Assembly (NCBI GenBank): GCA_002633005.1
Contig: NMRA01000369.1
Coordinates: 209,885-273,884 of the forward strand
DNA: 64,000 bases
Reading direction: 5' to 3'
Origin: Phoronis australis
Lineage: Eukaryota > Animalia > Phoronida
The notes under the pieces are model-generated. The model saw nothing but the letters and a program-made list of their open reading frames with translations, was not told the origin of the DNA and did no database searches. The position numbers and the translations under genes are program-made. Positions 57,580-64,000 of the stretch are shown one piece after another; the stretch's first letter is position 1; every line of letters begins with the position of its first letter.

Positions 57580-60500
57580 GTAAGTAAAACTGATTGCTCC
57601 CGTGACACACCCCGCTAACTGTTGAATACAAACAAACGCGACGTGACCCGCAACTCCAGAACGGCAGAACGTTATGTAATAGAATTACACACGATTACAA
57701 AGTCCAGCCACGTGTTGGGAGTTATACACACAAACTCCACACAGACACATACATAATAACTACATAATGAAGGATGTTGGATCTAAAATGTTTTTTGTCA
57801 ACATTTTTTGGTCTGATCCCAGATTCAACATTGCCATTGGATATTTATAGTTTGGACTTGGGTCAATGATTCTGAATGGAGCAAGTGTAATGGATAGATG
57901 AATATTGGTCAGGTTTCGACTAGGTCAGTGTGCAAAAATAACTTGAGGGTGTTCTGAGCATATGTGCTGCAACATGAGTGCACTTATTAAAATATTCTGT
58001 TGGTTGATGACTTAAAATCTTGCATTATTTATTTCAAGTAAACTATTCCATTCCACCTGTAGGCCTAGTCACTGCCTCAATGAGTTGCTATGCATGCATT
58101 ATTGTTGTAAGCGCTAAATACTTCATGCGGTATTTAATGGAACTAGTTTGTACTTGTTTCAAGTTCAAATTTCTGTTTCAGATATGGGCTGGCCTGGTTT
58201 CCTTCATAGTTGGCAGAGGGCCCCATGACTTGTTAAAGTTTCAAGACTTACTACCATGGTTACCACTGCCTACACTTGAAGGAACATGCAATAAGTAAGT
58301 GAGCTGTCAATCATTATATCAAGTGGGTGTGTTGTCAATCATTCCGATGAAATGTTGTCATTCATCCTGCTGACACATGGCAAGGTCAACTAGTTTTATA
58401 GTTTGGGGATATTTTATTCACAGTCAGCAAAATTACAAATTATAAACCTTGGACGTTACTCAAGCTGGAGACATTATTTCACTACTAGAAAATTATTTCC
58501 ATCTCTAAACAAACCATTCGGAACATTGGCAAGGTCGGCCAATCTCTCCTAATTAAGTTGCTTTGTGTTTTTTGCTGGGATCTTGCAACGACTTTTGATG
58601 CTAGAAACCAAATTTGAAATTAAGACATGGAAATTTTGACCAATTAAGGAAACGATGAGCAGACAAATAAACCTTTATTGCTTGGTGAAATGAAATTTCT
58701 CGAATAATACGAAAAATGAATCCATTACTGGACTTAAGAATTGAATTAGCTACGTTGCGTTGGCATAAAATTATTTAGTTTTTTTTGTCTACAAATCACA
58801 GTTCTTGTCAGATAAATGTGAAATTTACACACAACATGCATCTCATGAATGGCTTGAAGCCTATTGTGTTTTGTTTGAAATCGGATACAAGATGGCGCTG
58901 TTGCAGCCATTTTCCCCTTTTTTGTTTGCTGAGCCATAGCTCTGCTGCTGCTGGTGGAATTTTTCTGATTTTTTTCTGTGGATAGACCATTCCAAGGGCT
59001 ACTGCGAGTGTCTTATTTGTTTTCCTCTAGTTCTTACTGTTTTCGAGTTATTTGAGATTATCCCAGGACTGGTCTCCAAATAACTTGAGTTTTTGTGCCG
59101 TATCTTTGGCGTTCCTTGACAGATCTGTCTGGAATTCATTATGTGGGTAGATCTCGTGATATTCAAGATTTGATGCTCATTTGACTGTTCTTTTGTTGAC
59201 TCATTAACTATAGCTGCACTTTGTTAGCCTATCATATTTGTGCTAGGGATCCCATTTTTCATCTGATCGGCATGAAATTTGTGCAGTGTTCATTTATTCA
59301 ATATCCCGAGGACTTTTGGTTTCGTCGTATGCCTCACCTTTTATTCGATTTCACCAAGTGTCGCCCTTCACAACTCTGACATTTGTTTATTCTTAATTAT
59401 AAAAATCCATAGCAGCACCAGTCAATAAATAGTTGCCTGCTTTGAGACAATCTTATGTTTTGAAAAACATCATCTTTCACAATATGGTTAGAAGCCTTCA
59501 ATAAAGGAAAAAAGTCAATTTTAGCTGTCATTTTTGTCAAAAAGTTTTGCCAGGTTTTACGAAAGAGGGAATTCAGTGTAGCAGTGTGCCTATTCACAAT
59601 GTAAATGTTATGTTAGGAACTGACACTAATTTTTAAACCCTGCTTGATCTGAATTCATGGGAAATGAAATGTAGAATCACTGGACTATGATATTGAATTG
59701 GTTTCATGTTGTCTCATCTCTTGGACTCCATCAATAGTGCTAGGCCATTGTCCTGGAGGTAACTGCATGTGTCATCAGACAAGTGTTGACCTGGTTCAAA
59801 GATTTTATAGTATCTTTGCCTAGTTCCAACGTCAATAATATGAACTAGACAGTTGAGCCAGGGTGATACCACTGTAACCTGGATTACATTGGGCTACTAT
59901 GTCAACAGTTCATGCTGTCTCAGTCTGTGTATATGTGTGTGTCTTGTAGTCATACTGGCAAATTGTTGGCTAATAGTTCTGGAAACTTTTATTGTCCCAG
60001 AATAATTACATTATTACCCCTCATAGTAAGGCCCTTTCATTATGACTGACTCATAACTCTGGTTTGGGGGGAGCATTTATGCAAGTGGCGATTTTACTGA
60101 ACCATTCATACTGGCTTCAGTAGTTAACGGACATCGAAGTAAACAGTAGGTGATGCTGTTGTCATCCAAGTAATTGCAAGGTAGCACTGATGCATGCAAA
60201 GATTTTTTTGATGTGACAATTTGGGAAAAATTTATATGTGCTAATTGACAAAAAACTTATTTCTAATTCGACTGGTGATTACTAGAAAAATATAAACTTT
60301 GTAACTATTAGGGATGACACTGCACTTTATGTGTTGATGATGACAGTGTCCCCTGGTGATAACTTCGATGGCACCGAAGTTGACTGTTCATACTGCACTG
60401 CAGCGTTGACGCTCCGCTGTTAAATCTAGCTATTTACTGCGAAGTTAACTGAGGCTGTTGACTTCGATTAAGGAGCGAAGTTAACCGTTCATACTGACTG

Positions 60501-63500
60501 CAACTCCCCAAAACATAGACGTGTCGGCGTTAGTATGAAAGGGCCTTTAGGGTGTGTCCTTACACCCGAATATAAGGTCATAATCAAAATGTGTGCGATA
60601 GTCAGTGCTCAAGCAGTGCATGAATGTGAATGTGTGTGACCAGAGACTGACATTAAAAGTAGTATTTCTCGATACGCATGAACTCCCCAAATTGCACTAT
60701 ACAAAACTGTTCTACAATTCCTAGACAAATACTAGATTGACACAGAAGTGGCAAAAATGCTCACAGTTTTACTGGCTTAAAAGTGCTTCCGAAAACATGA
60801 ATGTGTTACGGTAATTGGTGTTTTGATCAGACAGGTGACTTGCCCATGAAGAAAATAATTTCACCACCGGTTAGTTTGTTTCTTCACCACCGGAGTCGCT
60901 TTTAAGTGAAAATTGATGTCATTACATGTTGATTGCACTCTCTGCTGCAAATTGACTGATGTGACAATAAAACAAAGGCATCTTATCCTTGTGTGTCCTT
61001 TGAAGTTAGCGGTCTGGCTACAAAACTGCTTGTGAAAGTGCCAGTAGTTTTGGGTACCTCAAACCTGTAGCAAAGCGTCAGCAATAGTGAACTTTGTGAC
61101 TGTTCATTGTTGGTGTTTTTGTTGCTATGAAAGTGTTAGCACAAACGCTAGCGTTTTAGCCAGCATGTGAACTGGATATAGAGAAGGAGTACCATTGCGT
61201 GTTCATTGTTCGCCATTTTGTAATTCTCTACGCACGTTGTCTTGTTTTTTGTTGTGTTATTCAATATTTTCATGAAATGCTTTTAACAAAGCAATATTTT
61301 ATAATCATAGGGATATGCCTGATGGGCAAAAAATATCATGATTTGCCTTTCCAAGACAACTGTATGGTCTATATGTTCTAGGCCTGCTGGGTTTTTATGT
61401 GTGCTAGTAAATAATTGCTGAAGGTTTTGTTATCCCAGAATAATAACCCTGCTGCTATGTGTGCTGATTAGTAATTGATCAAGTCTTCACCATCATGGTT
61501 ATTTTAGATATATAATACCTCTGTCTGTGTGTCAAAGAAAGTAAAAAAATAATGTGGATAATTATAAAAAACTACGAGTTTTGTTTGAAATTTGCCTGTA
61601 CTGCATTTGCACAGAATGAATATGTGAGAGGTTTCGTCATTTTAAGTACGATGCTCCACTGTATGTCTTTCTGAAGCCATCTGGTCACCCAATCCTTAAA
61701 ATGAAGAAATGTGACATTAGATCAAATGCGTTCTATGTTGAAGGGGATTTTTGGGACCTGATAAGGAGAATTTCACTTGATTTTAAAATAGTTTTGAGAG
61801 TGAAATGCAGCCGAAATTCAGCCTCCAAGTTGAGGCATTGAAGGACTTGCATGGTTGCTTTTGTCTGCTGGACTTGCCCTCGTGTTTGAGTGTGTCTCAG
61901 TATTATCTTGGTATGACCTCTAACCCAGATTCCAGAATCTCCGTGGATACCATAATGACATCAGCAGTCACCTCATGGATACCTTAAACTTTATCTCCTC
62001 ATCCATTGATAAACTGCCACTAATCAAATCAACCATTTATCACCCGCTCCAAACTACTCAATATGTTATTTCTTTCAAAACCCTCAAAACTAAAAGACGA
62101 AAATTCCTTTTTTGTTTTAATATACTTAACAGTATTTATTATTATTTACATCATGCATGCAACCAGCTTCTCCTGGGAGAGAGGTCAAATTTCAAAATGG
62201 GGTGCTCGGAGAAAGTGTCATTTCCGTCAACCGTATTCTGTACAAATTTCCCACATCCCCAATGTTAGAATGATTTGGACAGATCATAGAGTTATACACC
62301 AGTATTACACAGTCGATAAACTGCAAGTTAACCACTACTACGTTAAATACTCTTTTAAATTGTGTTTCCTTGAAGTTGCAATTGCTTCATTGATATTCAA
62401 ACCTAGTGTCTTACTTTGTAAGCTTCAACTTGACCACTGCGCCAAAAGACAGTGCGCGTCGAATCTTCATTGAATTACGACATTGTCCAGTTTATTTTGA
62501 AAAGTATTGTACAAAATGAAATAGTTTTAACAGATTAATGTTTGAAATTATGTCACATTATCACCAGGCATGATGACAGTTTCAATGTAAATGTAACAGT
62601 AAGTAGCAAGAGGGTTGTCTGAATTTTAATTGTTGTTGTTTTGAAAATTTTGGGCTTGGGGAAATAACTAGAAGATTACTGGCTTAGAATTTTTCAGCCA
62701 GTTGTATAAATCGTGGGGCCCTTCACACACAGTAGACCTTTTGAAATGAACTGGTACTGGGGAGTAAGGTACACTCACATACAAGGTCATTAAAAGTAGT
62801 TCTTTGTGAACCCTGCTCATAGTCATACTGTTGTCTCAGTTAGCCTTTATAAGTAAACACAGTTTAACAATGGCTTTATGGTCTTGGCTGCAAGAGTAAT
62901 TTTGTATTATTACTCCCTATCTATTTTGAATAGCCCAGCCTAGAATAAATTTTGATGGTTCTGACCCGGCTAGCTAGGGATTCTCGTAACATTTCAACCA
63001 ACTCGAAGCAACTTGTCATTCGGTGCAGATATTTTGCGCTAACTCTGTGCCTGCTCTTTTTTTAAAGGTATTTGTCGGTTGTCAAGCCGTTGGTGAGTGA
63101 AGCCGAGTATGAAAATACCAAGAAGTTGGTGGAGTCGTTTAAGCAGAAAGAGGGACCCATTTTACAGGCTCATCTACAGAAAAGGTGTGTGCTGTGTGGG
63201 TTTTATTTCATATTCCATGTCGTTCTCAACGTAAATTTTCAATATGTCATATTAACTGTTAATGTTAATGCATGTTTTATGATCAGATCAAGTTCATTTT
63301 TTGAAACTGCTTTAAATTTCATCAAGATTTTGTGTTAGATATACCTTGTACTTAATTATACATTATCATTTCATGTTTTAAATAAAGTTACAAATCGATG
63401 AGAAAAACCTCTTTTTCTTTGATAACACGTACAGGTATTCCACTTTATATTAATTTAAGGATGAAAACAATTTCTGGAAAGCAGTGAAGTTTTTGGCTTA

Positions 63501-63841
63501 ATTATGTTTTAAGACTAGGAAATAAAGCTTAGGCAAAGAATTAATGGTACAGTGTTTGCTTTCCAGAACAATTTTTTTTCGTCATTGGATACTGTCACTG
63601 TGAGCGAATTATCAATTGAGTGATATTTACTGTTATGCCACTCTGTCATGATTGCCCAGTTCTAAAGTCATTGGTTATGTCATTATGCCATTGACGATTT
63701 TCACGTGCTTAGGTATTTCATTGTACTTTGTACTCTGTCCTAATCAGTATTGCGCCATCTTCAGGTCATGGCTTAAGACTAACTGGTTATCTGAATGGTG
63801 GCTGGAGCGAGCTTATCTCACTGGCAGGTACTCCCTTGCAG
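57265..63841 (+). CDS. Carnitine O-palmitoyltransferase 1-like acyltransferase, 5' part (continues past window end)
   Basis: Exons 57265-57579, 58182-58294, 63068-63184, 63765-63841 join in frame. CPT1-like motifs LLLYRGWMY, KIWAGLV, FQDLLPWLPLPTLEGTCNKYLSVVKPL, EGPILQAHLQKRSWLKTNWLSEWWLERAYLTGR; hydrophobic N-terminal segments. Confidence 0.85.
58182..58294 (+). CDS. CPT1-like exon 2
   Basis: IWAGLVSFIVGRGPHDLLKFQDLLPWLPLPTLEGTCN|gtaagt. Confidence 0.88.
60028..60547. mobile_element. PIF/Harbinger-like MITE
   Basis: 13-bp TIR aaggccctttcat/atgaaagggcctt; internal aacttcg/cgaagtt palindromic repeats. Confidence 0.65.
63068..63184 (+). CDS. CPT1-like exon 3
   Basis: YLSVVKPLVSEAEYENTKKLVESFKQKEGPILQAHLQK|gtgtgt. 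Confidence 0.88.
63765..63841 (+). CDS. CPT1-like exon 4
   Basis: SWLKTNWLSEWWLERAYLTGRYSLA|gtaagc. Confidence 0.88.
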
Positions 63842-64000
63842 GTAAGCTATTCTCACAATATTGACCTAAAGTATTAATTATCGTTTTATCTTTGTCAAAA
63901 CTAATCACTCAAGTAACCTTTTTATGTGCTGACCTTACTCATTTGTGTGTATCGCCATGATTGCTTTCTTGTGTCGTAGTGCCCGTCTGGCGTTGGCGAC

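Noticed and set aside
61805-62473. Overlapping 60-136 aa ORFs in the CPT1-like intron
   Set aside because: No recognisable motifs; exon 2 joins exon 3 in frame without them; at most a decayed repeat.

Overview
Eukaryotic (AT-rich, intron-rich, probably marine invertebrate/lophotrochozoan; taxon is inference) genomic DNA with three spliced genes, all on the + strand. (1) A complete 7-exon zinc transporter ZIP9/SLC39A9 (139-10529, ~321 aa). (2) A complete cilia/flagella TPR protein CFAP70/TTC18 (17959-53406; 24 core coding exons, ~1103 aa) with an RFX X-box-like upstream motif. (3) The 5' four exons of a divergent CPT1-like carnitine acyltransferase (57265 to beyond the window end). Introns carry a truncated Penelope-like retroelement (GIY-YIG endonuclease), a tRNA-derived SINE, many MITEs, a Helentron/HINE-like element with an internal higher-order repeat, and a 202-N gap. 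Most notable: a set of short frame-preserving cassette/micro-exon candidates in CFAP70, four of them in one 9-kb intron and two encoding parallel R-x-x-S-V motifs; a TSD-flanked mini-insert holding an intact minimal hammerhead ribozyme inside a 40-bp perfect inverted repeat; a ~146-bp-period array of CTCF-like motifs; and twin ~150-nt elements placed ~30 nt after the donors of consecutive introns. Most short ORFs in the supplied track are spurious intronic ORFs. All coordinates were read by hand.
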